Notes: generated by a model not told the origin, from the letters alone. DNA of 60,147 bases, filler included, from 8 parts of 8 records of this genome joined end to end with filler, not necessarily neighbours in it, one strand, 5' to 3'. Shown: positions 46,163 to 57,044, numbered from the whole stretch's first letter. Numbers and translations are program-made.

Positions 46163-47338
46163 CTATTTTCCCAACAATGCCCCAATACGCTCCAGCGCCC
46201 GTTCAATGTTTTCCGTGCTATTGGCATAGCTGAACCGCAAATACCCCTCGCCAAAGGCACCAAAGCTGGTTCCGGAAATCGCTGCGACCCCCGCTTCTTC
46301 CAGAACCCGGGTTTGCGCTTCCATCGAGGTCATGCCGGTCCCTTCGATATTCGGGAAGGCGTAAAACGCGCCGGCCGCGTCCGCACAACGAACACCGGGC
46401 AAGGCATTTAACCCATCGACGATGACTTTGCGCCGCGCATCAAACTGCGCAACCATGTCCAACACCGCGTCTTTCGGCCCGGTCAACGCGGCCAACCCGG
46501 CAAATTGGGCCGCGGCGTTTACGCAGGAATGATCGTTGATGCAAAGGCGGGTCACATGATCCACCAATTGATCAGGCCACACAGCATATCCCATGCGCCA
46601 GCCCGTCATGGCATAGGTTTTGGACCAGCCATCCAGCATGATCAGACGGTCACGAATTTCCGGGTATTGCAGCAGGCTGACATGTTCACGCCCATCATAG
46701 AGCATCTCTGAATAGATTTCGTCAGACATGATTGCGACATCAGGAAAGGCCTCTAAGCCTTTGACTAATTTATCAATTTCTTCTTTTGGCGTCACACCGC
46801 CCGTTGGATTGGCAGGGCTGTTGATAATGATCAACCGGGTTTTGTCTGTGATCTGGCCAAGCACCGTTTCCGCATCAAAGGCAAAACCTTTTTCTTCGGT
46901 CAAGGCAATTGGAACCGGCGTTGCACCCGTGTACTTGATCACCGATTCATAAATTGGGAAACCTGGGTTGGGATACATGATCTCGGCACCCGGCTCACCA
47001 AACATCAAGACGGCAAAGAACATGGTGGGTTTGCCACCAGGTACAACCACAACATTGTCCGGATTGACCTCAACATTGTGACGGCGATGAAGATCGGCGG
47101 CGACAGCTTCTCTGAGAACGGGCAATCCGTTGGCGGGCGTATAGCCGTGATGCCCATCCTTAAGCGCCTTCATCCCGGCATCGACAATATGTTCCGGTGT
47201 GCGGAAGTCAGGCTGACCAATGCCCAGATTAATGATGTCCTTACCCTCTGAGGCCAGTTTGTTTGCCAAGGCAAGGACAGTAAACGCGGACTCCGTGCCA
47301 AGGCGGGACATGCCCTTTGCCAGTTTCAAATTTGTCAT
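46163..47338 (-). CDS. PLP-dependent class I/II aminotransferase (aspartate aminotransferase-like)
   Basis: LGIGQPDF, NSPANPTGG, SDEIY, GWSKTYAMTGWRMGY, GAFYAFP; start at MTNLKL with AAGGGA upstream. Confidence 0.93.
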   Translation of the reverse strand: MTNLKLAKGMSRLGTESAFTVLALANKLASEGKDIINLGIGQPDFRTPEHIVDAGMKALKDGHHGYTPANGLPVLREAVAADLHRRHNVEVNPDNVVVVPGGKPTMFFAVLMFGEPGAEIMYPNPGFPIYESVIKYTGATPVPIALTEEKGFAFDAETVLGQITDKTRLIIINSPANPTGGVTPKEEIDKLVKGLEAFPDVAIMSDEIYSEMLYDGREHVSLLQYPEIRDRLIMLDGWSKTYAMTGWRMGYAVWPDQLVDHVTRLCINDHSCVNAAAQFAGLAALTGPKDAVLDMVAQFDARRKVIVDGLNALPGVRCADAAGAFYAFPNIEGTGMTSMEAQTRVLEEAGVAAISGTSFGAFGEGYLRFSYANSTENIERALERIGALLGK

Positions 47339-47411
47339 GCCCATTCCCTTTGTCGATGCATTTGTATTTTGGTATACCAAGCCACCCCAAGGGTTCAATG
47401 GGCTTCCGCAA

Positions 47412-48755
47412 TCACCGGCGTTCCAACTTCAGGTGAATGCCATCCTGCGCCCGCACTGTCAGATGTGCGACAGGAACCGGCGTCTGTGTTGCAGACACCC
47501 GAAAGTCACGCAGGATCATCGACAGGATCAAAGGCCCTTCGACCATGGCAAATCCGGCACCGGGGCAAACCCGTTGTCCGGCGGAAAAGGGAATATAGGC
47601 ATCACGCGCGCATTTCCGACCATTCTCGGTTTGCCACCGCTCGGGGTCAAAACCGTCAGGATTGTCCCAAAGCCGCTCATGGCGGTGCAAGTGCCACGGG
47701 CTCAGAACCATCTGTGACCCCTTGGGAATATCTCTTTTGCGGAAATGCACCGGGCACGAGGCCTCGCGGACCATCATAGGAACCGGCGGATAGAGCCGCA
47801 GTGTTTCGCGGAATACATCCTTGCTTAGCTTTAGTTTGGAAAACTCTGAGAATTCACCGTCTTGTAACGCTTGGGCTTCGTCTGCGAGCTTTTCCTGCCA
47901 CTCCGGATAAAGGGCCATCAAATACAACGCCCATGACAAGGCTGACGCGCTGGTTTCGTGTCCGGCCAGGAAAAAGATTGCGACCTGATCCACCATCTCT
48001 TGCGTCGAAAAGGTCTGCCCCGTCTCAGGATCCGCCGTCGTCATAATCTTTGTTGCAAGGTCATCAGGCGCCGTCCCATTTTGAATGTCAGCCATTCTGG
48101 CTTCGGTCAATTGGGCAATCAAATTGCGAATTCGGAGCGCTGCGGCCCGGGTAGAGCGGCGATGAAAGCGCGGCAACCAGCGCGGCATTGGGATAAAGGC
48201 GCCAAGGTTCAGAATGGGCTGACCACGTTGATAGCTGCGAAATTCCTGAAATGTCTCTGAGGCGATTTTGTCTTCGATCGGAATGGAAAACAGCGTTCTA
48301 AAGATCACATCGGCCGCCGCGTGGGACGCGTGCCCTTCAATCTCGACGACCTGTCCCTCCTCGGCAGTCAACCGCGCCACAGCCGCCTGACCTGCCGCAT
48401 ACATGGCGGGCCAGGTATCGCGCAGTCGCCCGCCTTCAAAGGCCGGATCGATGATCCGGCGTTGGCGTTTCCACTGCGCCCCGTTGGTTAGAAAAACAGA
48501 CTCGCCCAGCAAGGGGCGCAGGCCTTCGCTGATCCGCCCGGATTTGGGAAAATCATCCGGACGGTCCTTAAGCACCGTTTTCACAAGCTCTGGCTGGTTC
48601 AGCAAATAGGACCGAAAGAACGGTGTTTTGAACTCGGCCATCCACGCCCGGTAAAGCCGCGCCGGTTGCGCTGACAGGATGTCTTGACGAAACAGACGCA
48701 CGTAGCGCAAGAGCGAAACCCGGTCAGACCGCGAAGAGGGTTTGGGCGGGATCAT
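47412..48755 (-). CDS. Cytochrome P450
   Basis: I-helix AGHETSA, K-helix ETLRLYPP, FDPERW, heme ligand PFSAGQRVCPG. Confidence 0.95.
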   Translation of the reverse strand: MIPPKPSSRSDRVSLLRYVRLFRQDILSAQPARLYRAWMAEFKTPFFRSYLLNQPELVKTVLKDRPDDFPKSGRISEGLRPLLGESVFLTNGAQWKRQRRIIDPAFEGGRLRDTWPAMYAAGQAAVARLTAEEGQVVEIEGHASHAAADVIFRTLFSIPIEDKIASETFQEFRSYQRGQPILNLGAFIPMPRWLPRFHRRSTRAAALRIRNLIAQLTEARMADIQNGTAPDDLATKIMTTADPETGQTFSTQEMVDQVAIFFLAGHETSASALSWALYLMALYPEWQEKLADEAQALQDGEFSEFSKLKLSKDVFRETLRLYPPVPMMVREASCPVHFRKRDIPKGSQMVLSPWHLHRHERLWDNPDGFDPERWQTENGRKCARDAYIPFSAGQRVCPGAGFAMVEGPLILSMILRDFRVSATQTPVPVAHLTVRAQDGIHLKLERR

Positions 48756-49978
48756 TCTGTAACGGACGTATATTTCGACACGGTAACGTCAATCCTGCTG
48801 GCAGAGGCAGGTCGCCCCTTATACCGCGCCCAAAGTGTTTTGGGACCAGCTGTGATCTGGAAATAATCGTAGTCCAGGGGGCGGTCAAAGGCGCAAAGAT
48901 ACTGAAAATGAAGCCGAAAGAACCGCCAACGCAGTTCCTTCCATCGGCCTGGACTTAAGGATTTCGTGAATTGTGCAGAAAAGACCAGCGGCCATTTCTT
49001 TTCTGGTGTGGCGACACCGGAAACGCTTACCGGGTCACACAACGCAAAGGCACATCCGTCCCCCGGTGCTGTTACATCGACCCAGGCCATCTTATCTTGC
49101 TCAGACAGGAATTGCAGGTCGGTGCGCAAGCGCTGCGCATCCCGCAGAAAGGAAACCATCGGAACAACCTGCCCCAAGCTCAGAAATGACAAGACCGGCC
49201 CGTTTTTGGGTACACGCCCCGATCGGATCAAATCGGCCAGAATGGACACCGCCAGATGCGCTCCGGAAGAATGGCCTACAATCAGCACCTCATCCACATC
49301 ACCGGTCATCGCCTCTGCCACGATATCTGTAAATCCTGCCATACGGGCTTCAAGCTCAGGCGGGTTCGCCCCGTTAAGACGTGCAGAATACGCGTAGTCA
49401 TGCATCAGGTAATAGGCAAAAAACTTACCATCTTTGCGTCGGAACCATTCGATTACCACATAGGTGACACCGGCCCAGATGATCGCCCCAAGGAGTTTTG
49501 AGGCCCCGGCTATTATGGGCATCAACAGCCATCCGGTCAGACGGTACGCCAGATACCCCAAAGCCAGTGCGATTGCAGCCTGTACCAATAGAAAGACTAT
49601 CGGATAGAGCGCAGCGATGATCGGCCCTTTCCGCAACCGGGCCAAACGGCGCAACGCACCGGAACCGATATAGGTCCAGGCCGTGCGCAAAAGCTGTGAA
49701 TAGGTTGCGAAGATCCCGTTGGCCATGCTGTCCCGAACAATGTCAGACCACACCAGTACCTCGACATCTGTATCGATGTCCTGCCCGTCAATCTTGCTTG
49801 CGACATGCCATCCGAAGGTTCCCTTGCTCTTCTTAGGGGTCAATGCAACGTCATAGCCCGAAATCTTGGCTTGGACTGTGCCCTCTTTTCGGTACAGCTC
49901 TCGGTATCGTCTGGGATGGATCGGATCATACCCGGGAATGTAAAACACCCGGCGCGATCGAACAGGACGGTCGGACAT
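48752..49978 (-). CDS. Uncharacterised membrane-anchored alpha/beta-hydrolase-like protein, translationally coupled to the P450
   Basis: VFYIPGYDP, two internal hydrophobic helices, LIVGHSSGAHLA (GxSxG), later D and H candidates; 4-nt overlap with the P450 start. Confidence 0.75.
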   Translation of the reverse strand: MSDRPVRSRRVFYIPGYDPIHPRRYRELYRKEGTVQAKISGYDVALTPKKSKGTFGWHVASKIDGQDIDTDVEVLVWSDIVRDSMANGIFATYSQLLRTAWTYIGSGALRRLARLRKGPIIAALYPIVFLLVQAAIALALGYLAYRLTGWLLMPIIAGASKLLGAIIWAGVTYVVIEWFRRKDGKFFAYYLMHDYAYSARLNGANPPELEARMAGFTDIVAEAMTGDVDEVLIVGHSSGAHLAVSILADLIRSGRVPKNGPVLSFLSLGQVVPMVSFLRDAQRLRTDLQFLSEQDKMAWVDVTAPGDGCAFALCDPVSVSGVATPEKKWPLVFSAQFTKSLSPGRWKELRWRFFRLHFQYLCAFDRPLDYDYFQITAGPKTLWARYKGRPASASRIDVTVSKYTSVTE

Positions 49979-50081
49979 GGCACTCGCTCACTTCGTAACT
50001 ACGCTCAGCCTAGCGCGCTAATCCGGCAAGAGTAAGGCAAATGGAGACAAAACCGCAAAACGGCCCGGATTGTCTCTGATT

Positions 50082-50834
50082 TTAGCCAAGTTCGCCTAAG
50101 GCAGGAAACGTATCAAGCAGCCAGAACGACAGTGCAGAAAAGGCCCCGGTAACGAGCGCCAATCCAACAGCGACCAACAACACGCCCATGACGCGTTCGA
50201 TCAGACGCATGTGGCGTTTAATACGGTTCATAAGGCCCATGGCGCGCGTCAGGAACACGGCTGCCAAGAGGAAGGGAATACCCAATCCTGCGGCGTAAAC
50301 CCCTAACAATATCGTGCCACGGGCAATACTGGATTCTGAAGCCGCCAGAGACAAGATCGCGCCAAGTTGCGGTCCGATGCATGGCGTCCAGCCAAAGGCA
50401 AAGGCCAATCCCAACACATATGCGCCAAAAGCCGAGCCGCCGGAGTCTCCGGCGTCCATACGAGCTTCGCGATCCAGAAAGGGAATCCTGAAAACCCCCA
50501 GGAAATGCAGGCCAAAAATGATGACGACAACGCCCGAGATTTGCGACAACAGAATCTGATTTTGCAGGAAGAACGTCCCAAATGCTGAGGCGGTAAAGCC
50601 AAGCAACAAAAAGACCGTCGACAAACCCAACACAAAGAACAGAGACGCAAGAATGGCTTTCAGGCGCGCAGATCCGCCCGCCTCCATCTCCGCCAAACTA
50701 ACCCCAGACATAAAAGCCAGATAAGGCGGCACAATTGGCAGCACACAGGGGCTCAGAAATGAGATGATGCCTGCGGTCAAGGCGACCAGCATGGCAGGCA
50801 AGAGACTTGCGTCGATGATTTCGATTCCGAACAT
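50082..50834 (-). CDS. ccdA: Cytochrome c biogenesis protein CcdA
   Basis: SFLSPCVLPIVP and FGWTPCIGP motifs, polytopic membrane protein. Confidence 0.93.
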   Translation of the reverse strand: MFGIEIIDASLLPAMLVALTAGIISFLSPCVLPIVPPYLAFMSGVSLAEMEAGGSARLKAILASLFFVLGLSTVFLLLGFTASAFGTFFLQNQILLSQISGVVVIIFGLHFLGVFRIPFLDREARMDAGDSGGSAFGAYVLGLAFAFGWTPCIGPQLGAILSLAASESSIARGTILLGVYAAGLGIPFLLAAVFLTRAMGLMNRIKRHMRLIERVMGVLLVAVGLALVTGAFSALSFWLLDTFPALGELG

Positions 50835-50926
50835 AACGATGACATAGGCGATCCAAACTGCCGGGTCACGACACGCATTGTCACATCCTTGTGGACAGAC
50901 TGTAACAGGGCGAATAGAGATTCAGC

Positions 50927-51151
50927 ATGACTGAAGAATTAGACGCTATTGGCCTGCTGTGCCCGCTTCCTGTGCTAAAGGCACGCAAGCGGTTAATGTC
51001 CCTTGGGGTCGGAGATTTGTTGGTGCTGCACACCGATGATCCCGCCGCCGTTGTGGACGTCCCCCATTTTTGTGCCGAGTCGGGCCATGCTTTGGAAACG
51101 AGTATGGAAAGCCCGCAAGGTATGATCTGGCATATCCGCAAGTCGGGTTAA
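50927..51151 (+). CDS. tusA: Sulfurtransferase TusA/SirA family protein
   Basis: LDAIGLLCPLPVLKARK, DDPAAVVDVPHFC. Confidence 0.9.
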   Translation: MTEELDAIGLLCPLPVLKARKRLMSLGVGDLLVLHTDDPAAVVDVPHFCAESGHALETSMESPQGMIWHIRKSG

Positions 51152-51185
51152 GGTCACCAACGACCCCATCCCTTGTGAGAGAAAC

Positions 51186-51221
51186 AAAAAGGCTCGGAAA
51201 ACAGTGTTTTCCGAGCCTTTT
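51186..51221. terminator. Bidirectional intrinsic terminator between convergent tusA and rne
   Basis: AAAAAGGCTCGGAAAACA-G-TGTTTTCCGAGCCTTTT. Confidence 0.88.
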
Positions 51222-51249
51222 GATTTTCTAGGTCGCTATCTGGTCCGGT

Positions 51250-52699
51250 TTAGACGGACCACCACCCACGCCGTTTTGGTTTCGCTGGCTCTTCTGGAAC
51301 CGGCTCAACCTGTACCGTTTCGACGCTCGGGACTGTTTCCGCAACGGCTTCAACAACCGCCTCTTCAACAATCTCTGTAACTTTTGGCTCAACGGATGCC
51401 GGTGCCGCTTCTACGACCGTTTCCGCAACCGCCTCTGCCTGCGTTTCAACAACCGTTTCAGCAACGACCTCAACCGGGGCTTCGACGACCGCCTCGGCAA
51501 CGGGTTCGGCGGGCTCAGCAACGACCTCTACGTTTTCAGCAGGTTGAGGCGCTTCGACCGCTTCAGCCACTTCTACCTGTGGTTCAGGTACTGAAGCAGG
51601 CTCTACTTCAGCGGCGACAGGTTCACTGGCAACAACCTCTGTTTTAGCTTCCTCTGTCACGACAGGCGTTTCCGCCGTCGCTTTAGCATCTGCAACCGGC
51701 TTCTTGCGGCTCCGGCTTCGGGTCCGCTTTGGCTTTGGTGCAACCTCAGCTTCCGCTTCAGCTTCCGCTTCAACCGCGGGTGCCTCGATCACCGCATCTT
51801 CAGAAACAACAGCCTCTGAAGCTGTTTCCAGAACCGGGGCTTCTTCACCTTCTGCTGGCGCTTCAGTTGAAACCGCCGCATCCGATTTCTTACGCCGACT
51901 GCGTGTCCGACGCCGTGGTTTCTTTTCACCTTCGGGCGGGGTCTCACCTTCGACAGGTGCCGCGACAGCCTCGGCTGTGGTTTCCTCTGTCACTTCGCCG
52001 TTTTCGGCTGCATTGTCAGAAGTATCTTCAGACGTTTGGCCTTCGCCCTCACCTGAACCAGACTTCCGCCGCCGCCGCCGACGCCGCCGCTTCTTGGGTT
52101 TCGCTTCCGCATCAGCGGTTTCAACTGTGTCAGCAGCCTCCACGACAACTGCGTCTTCAACGTCCTTTTCAGCCTCGTCATCGACCTGTTCCATGATCGA
52201 GGTGTCAACCGAAACAACAGGCGCCATCACTTCGGGAACGCGACGTGTGGCCGTCTTGAATTTCTCCAGCGCAAAGTCAGGGCTGACCAAATGAGGGTCC
52301 CCTTCGATACGGACAGAAAGCCCATACCGAATTTCAATCTGAGCGATATGCTCACGCTTTTGGTTCATCAGGAAGTTGGCAATACCCACTGGGCATTTGA
52401 TCAAGACTTCCCGTGACCGACGACGCACACCCTCTTCTTCGATCTGACGCAAGATCGACAAGGCCAGATTGTCATCAGAGCGGATCAGGCCCGTTCCGTG
52501 ACAGGCTGTACATGGCTGTGTTGTTGCCTCGATCATACCGGGGCGCAAACGCTGACGGCTCATCTCCATAAGGCCAAAGCCAGAAATGCGGCCAACTTGA
52601 ATACGGGCCCGGTCAGTTTTCAGCTTGTCTTTGATCTTCTTCTCAACGGCGGCGTTGTTTTTACGCTCATCCATGTCGATGAAGTCGATCACGATCAGA
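51250..52699 (-). CDS. rne: Ribonuclease E, 5'-partial (end of catalytic domain and disordered C-terminal scaffold)
   Basis: VIDFIDM, DRARIQVGRISGFGLMEMSRQR, Zn-link CTACHGTG, Arg-rich and Glu/Ala-rich tail ending KRRGWW. Confidence 0.95.
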
Positions 52700-52799
52700 N
52701 NNNNNNNNNNNNNNNNNNNNNNNNNNNNNNNNNNNNNNNNNNNTTAATTAATTAANNNNNNNNNNNNNNNNNNNNNNNNNNNNNNNNNNNNNNNNNNNN
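52700..52799. other. Artificial contig spacer
   Basis: Same linker. Confidence 0.99.
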
Positions 52800-52800
52800 C

Positions 52801-53121
52801 GCCAATACCTACCTGCTGATGACCAAGGCGCTGGATTACTTCGATCCCGCCCGCGAGCAGGGCGGGACCCTGGAACAAGCGTTGGAGCGTACCCGTTGCG
52901 GCTTCCTGGTGATGTCCTTCAATTCCGACTGGCGCTTCTCGCCGGAGCGCAGCCGCGAGATCGTCAACGCTCTGACCCATGTGGGCCGGGACGTGAGCTA
53001 CGCCGAGATCGATACGCCCAAGGGGCACGATGCGTTCCTGCTGCCGATCCCGGAGTATGTGAAACTGTTCGGCGCCTACCTGCGCCGGGTGGCCGATGAG
53101 GTGGATGCCGATGGCCAATGA
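52801..53121 (+). CDS. metX: Homoserine O-acyltransferase MetX, 5'-partial
   Basis: [28 protein letters not shown]; directly upstream of metW. Confidence 0.92.
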   Translation, partial: ANTYLLMTKALDYFDPAREQGGTLEQALERTRCGFLVMSFNSDWRFSPERSREIVNALTHVGRDVSYAEIDTPKGHDAFLLPIPEYVKLFGAYLRRVADEVDADGQ

Positions 53122-53740
53122 TGTACAGCGGATCCGCGAGTGGATGCCTGAGCGTAACGACCTGAGCCTGATCAGCGACTGGATTCCGCGCAATGCCACG
53201 GTGCTGGACCTGGGTTGCGGTGACGGCGCGCTGCTGGCGTACCTGAAAGCAAACAAAGGGGTGCGCGGTTACGGCCTGGAGATCGACCAGGACAACCTGG
53301 CCGCCTGTTTCGAGAACGGCGTCAACGTGATCGAGCAGGATCTGGACAATGGCCTGGACAACTTCCAGAACGACCGCTTCGATTACGTGGTGATGACCCA
53401 GGCCCTGCAGGCGGTGTTACGCCCGGACCGCATCCTCGCGGAAATGTTGCGGGTAGGTCGCGAGGCGATCATCACCTTCCCCAACTTCGGCCACTGGCGG
53501 GTGCGCAGTTATCTCGCCTTCAAGGGCCGCATGCCGGTGTCTTCCGCGCTGCCTTATGAGTGGTACGATACCCCCAACATTCATCTGTGCACGGTGAATG
53601 ACTTCGAGACGCACTGTCGCAAAAACGACATCCGCATCATTCAGCGGGAAGTGGTCAACCGCGATCACCGCAGCAGCACCCTGCCCCGGCTGCTGCCAAA
53701 TCTGTTCGGCGAGATCGCCATCTATCGGGTGACCCGGTAA
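53111..53740 (+). CDS. metW: Methionine biosynthesis protein MetW
   Basis: [33 protein letters not shown]; exact start uncertain. Confidence 0.92.
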   Translation: MANDVQRIREWMPERNDLSLISDWIPRNATVLDLGCGDGALLAYLKANKGVRGYGLEIDQDNLAACFENGVNVIEQDLDNGLDNFQNDRFDYVVMTQALQAVLRPDRILAEMLRVGREAIITFPNFGHWRVRSYLAFKGRMPVSSALPYEWYDTPNIHLCTVNDFETHCRKNDIRIIQREVVNRDHRSSTLPRLLPNLFGEIAIYRVTR

Positions 53741-53765
53741 CCGCCCCCCTATTCAAGGAGAGACC

Positions 53766-54368
53766 ATGGCAACCCTGGTTCTGGCTTCCGGCAATCGCAA
53801 GAAGCTGGAGGAAATGAACGCCATTCTGGCGCCGCTGGACATGACCATCGTGCCGCAGAGCGATTTCGATGTGCCGGAAGCGGAAGAGACTGGTCTGACC
53901 TTCGTCGAGAACGCCATTCTCAAGGCCCGCAATGCCGCCCGGCACACCGGCCTGCCGGCCATTGCCGATGACTCCGGCCTGGAAGTGGACGCCCTCAACG
54001 GCGCCCCCGGTATTTATTCCGCCCGCTTCTCCGGTGTCGGTGCCAGCGACGCGAAAAACAACGCCTTGCTGGTGGAGATGCTCGGCGACCTGCCCGACGC
54101 TCCCCGCACCGCCCGTTATCAGGCGCTGCTGGTACTGATGCGCCACGCCGAGGATCCGACGCCGCTGGTCTGCCAGGGCAGTTGGGAAGGGGAAATCGTT
54201 CTTGAACCACGCGGCGAGTTCGGTTTTGGCTACGATCCGCACTTTCAGATCAGTGGTGACGGCCGCACCGCCGCCGAGATGCCGCCGGAAGAGAAAAACC
54301 GCGTCAGCCATCGCGCTCGCGCTCTGCAGCAGCTGATCGCGCAACTGCGGGAGCATCCACTGCCGTGA
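53766..54368 (+). CDS. rdgB: dITP/XTP pyrophosphatase (RdgB/HAM1)
   Basis: LASGNRKK, TFVENAILKAR, ADDSGL, PGIYSAR, FGYDP, KNRVSHRARA; RBS AAGGAG. Confidence 0.96.
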   Translation: MATLVLASGNRKKLEEMNAILAPLDMTIVPQSDFDVPEAEETGLTFVENAILKARNAARHTGLPAIADDSGLEVDALNGAPGIYSARFSGVGASDAKNNALLVEMLGDLPDAPRTARYQALLVLMRHAEDPTPLVCQGSWEGEIVLEPRGEFGFGYDPHFQISGDGRTAAEMPPEEKNRVSHRARALQQLIAQLREHPLP

Positions 54369-55522
54369 CCCCGGAGCGGCCGCCCCTGGCGTTATACGTG
54401 CACGTACCCTGGTGCGTGCGCAAATGTCCGTATTGCGATTTCAATTCCCATCAGCGCGACACGCTGCCTGAAACCCAATACCTCGACGCCCTGCTGGCGG
54501 ATCTCGACGCGGACCGGCGCTGGCTGGAAGGTGAGTTGGACCGGCCCGTTGTTTCGATCTTTATCGGCGGCGGCACACCGAGCCTGATGAGCGCCGATTT
54601 TTACCGGCGCCTGCTGGATGGCCTACGCCAGCGCCTGCCAATGGCCAACGACGTGGAAATCACCCTGGAGGCCAACCCCGGCACCGTGGAAGCGGGCCGC
54701 TTCGAAGGCTTCCGCGAGGCCGGCATCAACCGCCTGTCCATCGGCGTACAGAGCTTCGATCCCGGCCAGCTCGCGGCTCTTGGGCGTATTCACGGCCCCG
54801 AGGAAGCCCGCCGTGCCGTGGCCCTGGCCCGCGCCGCCGGTTTCGATAATTTCAATCTGGATCTGATGCACGCGCTGCCCGGACAAACGCCGGCCCAGGC
54901 GCTGGCGGATCTGCAAGCGGCCATCGAGTTGTCACCCGCTCACCTGAGCTGGTATGAACTCACCATTGAACCGAATACCGCCTTCTACCGCGCCCCTCCG
55001 ACCCAGCCGGACGAGGACACCATGGCCGACATCGAGGAACAGGGGTTTGCCCTGTTGCGGCGCCATGGCTATGAGCGTTATGAAGTTTCCGCCTTTGCCC
55101 GGCCGGATCGCCGCTGCCGTCATAATCTCAACTACTGGCGATTCGGCGACTATCTGGCGATCGGCGCCGGCGCCCACGGCAAACTGACACGCCGTGACGG
55201 ACAACGTTTACGCTATCAAAAAACCCGGCAACCGGAAGCCTATCTTCGGACACCGGAACAGACACGCCGTAGTATCACCGCCATAGAAGATCCTCTGTTC
55301 GAAGCATTGATGAACGCGTTGCGTCTGACCAACGGCGTTCCCTCATGCACATTGAGCCAAAACAGCGGCGTGGATCAGGAACGCATCGCGGCCCTGCTGG
55401 CGCCCTTGCGTGAACGCGGTCTGCTGCAACCGGATCCGAATCGAATCGTTTGCACCACTTTGGGATTACGCCACCTCAACACCGTGTTGACGCTTATTGG
55501 AGAATCCCTCTCCGCCTCTTGA
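54365..55522 (+). CDS. hemW: Radical SAM heme chaperone HemW
   Basis: LYVHVPWCVRKCPYCDFNS, GGGTPS, EANPG, YEVSA, HNLNYW; GTGA overlap with rdgB. Confidence 0.93.
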   Translation: MTPERPPLALYVHVPWCVRKCPYCDFNSHQRDTLPETQYLDALLADLDADRRWLEGELDRPVVSIFIGGGTPSLMSADFYRRLLDGLRQRLPMANDVEITLEANPGTVEAGRFEGFREAGINRLSIGVQSFDPGQLAALGRIHGPEEARRAVALARAAGFDNFNLDLMHALPGQTPAQALADLQAAIELSPAHLSWYELTIEPNTAFYRAPPTQPDEDTMADIEEQGFALLRRHGYERYEVSAFARPDRRCRHNLNYWRFGDYLAIGAGAHGKLTRRDGQRLRYQKTRQPEAYLRTPEQTRRSITAIEDPLFEALMNALRLTNGVPSCTLSQNSGVDQERIAALLAPLRERGLLQPDPNRIVCTTLGLRHLNTVLTLIGESLSAS

Positions 55523-55733
55523 TGCCCGCCTGATTTCTGGGCACACTCGGGCCTTCTGGACGCCGTGGCCGCCGGGTCTGCCCTCATTATTTTGATCCGC
55601 TTTGTCGATCTGCCCTTGCCCCGAGCGATCCAGCCTGGAGAGGAAAAACCAAAACCACAGGGACGCAGCCTTATCCGTTTTCCGGTTTCGCCGGTTCGCC
55701 AAATGATTTACAGCCACCGGCAGGTATCAGGGC

Positions 55734-55810
55734 CGCTGTAGGAGCTTGCCTTGCAAGCGCGAGTGACACTCGACCCAAAAGATTCGCTTGCAAGGCAAGC
55801 TCCTACAGCG
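55734..55810. repeat. REP doublet (REPIN-like) with perfect 26-bp inverted arms
   Basis: CGCTGTAGGAGCTTGCCTTGCAAGCG (55734-55759) and its exact reverse complement (55785-55810); each arm is GTAG plus a palindrome. Confidence 0.85.
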
Positions 55811-55889
55811 ACTGCGTAGTCCGGTCCGTGGGAAGCGGCCAGGCAACGAAAATATCCAAATAAGCAGGTTGCACATCGGGGTTTCGATC

Positions 55890-57044
55890 ATGACAAAACG
55901 CATGGTGATTATGCTGGTCTGCGTTGGCGTATTGTTCGGCGCCATCTTTGGCTGGAAGGCATTCATCAATCATATGATGACGGGCTTCTTCGACAATATG
56001 CCCATGCCAGTCGCCAATGTCTCCACCGCGGAGGCAACCCGGGACGAATGGGCACTGTCACTGGATGCCGTGGGGACCGTGGAAGCGGTCAACGGCGTCG
56101 ACGTCACCAGCCAGGTGGGCGGCGAAGTGGCGGCCATCGAATTCACCTCCGGCGACCAGGTGAAAAAAGGCGACCTTCTCGTGCGGCTGGAATCCCGCGC
56201 CGACCAGGCTCAGTTGAAGGCGTTGCAGGCCACGGCTCAGTTGGCGTCCCAGGAATACGATCGCTATCAACGGCTGTTCAAACAAGGGTCAATCTCACAA
56301 TCCGAGCTGGACAACCGGCGCGCCCAGCGGGATCAATCCATGGCCCAGGCGGACGCGCAGCGGCAGCAGCTCAGCTACAAGACCATTCGCGCGCCCTTCG
56401 ACGGGGTCCTTGGGATCCGCCGCGTGGATATCGGCCAGTACCTGCAACCCGGCACCCCGGTGGTCAGCCTGGCGCAACTGGATCCGATCTTCGTCAACTT
56501 CGCCCTGCCCGAACAAACGCTGAGCAAAATCGAAACCGGCCTGACCGTCCGCGCTTCTCTGGACGCCTACCCTGATCAGACGTTCGAGGGCACCATCACC
56601 GCCATCGAACCGGGCGTCAACGAGACCACCCGCAACGTCACCATTCAGGCATCCTTCGAGAACGCGGATCAGCGTATGCGTCCGGGCATGTTCGCCAACG
56701 TAACGATCCAGTTGCCGCAATCCGAACCGGTGGTGGTGATCCCTCGTACGGCGGTGGCCTACGCCCCTTACGGAAACGCGGTGTTCGTGATCCAGGACGC
56801 GCCGGCGAAAGAAGGCGAACAGGCCGAACAGCAAAGCGGGGACGGCGCCGGCAAGATAGTGCGCAAGCGGTTCGTGAAACTGGGCCGCCAGCGCGGCGAC
56901 CTGGTGGTGGTGGAATCCGGTCTGGAACCCGGAGAAATCGTTGCCACCAGTGGCTTGCTCAAGTTGCGCAATGATGCACCGGTGGCCATTGAGAATGACG
57001 TACAGCCTTCCGCGGAAGCCACGCCCGAGCCGGCGAACAGCTGA
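55890..57044 (+). CDS. RND efflux periplasmic adaptor (membrane fusion protein)
   Basis: N-terminal TM, GTVEAVNGV, SGDQVKKGDLLV, IRAPFDGVLG, RPGMFA. Confidence 0.93.
   Translation: MTKRMVIMLVCVGVLFGAIFGWKAFINHMMTGFFDNMPMPVANVSTAEATRDEWALSLDAVGTVEAVNGVDVTSQVGGEVAAIEFTSGDQVKKGDLLVRLESRADQAQLKALQATAQLASQEYDRYQRLFKQGSISQSELDNRRAQRDQSMAQADAQRQQLSYKTIRAPFDGVLGIRRVDIGQYLQPGTPVVSLAQLDPIFVNFALPEQTLSKIETGLTVRASLDAYPDQTFEGTITAIEPGVNETTRNVTIQASFENADQRMRPGMFANVTIQLPQSEPVVVIPRTAVAYAPYGNAVFVIQDAPAKEGEQAEQQSGDGAGKIVRKRFVKLGRQRGDLVVVESGLEPGEIVATSGLLKLRNDAPVAIENDVQPSAEATPEPANS

Noticed and set aside
51384-52294. Plus-strand low-complexity ORFs over rne
   Set aside because: Mirror translations of the repetitive RNase E tail.
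53655-54356. 233-aa minus-strand ORF
   Set aside because: Antisense shadow of rdgB.
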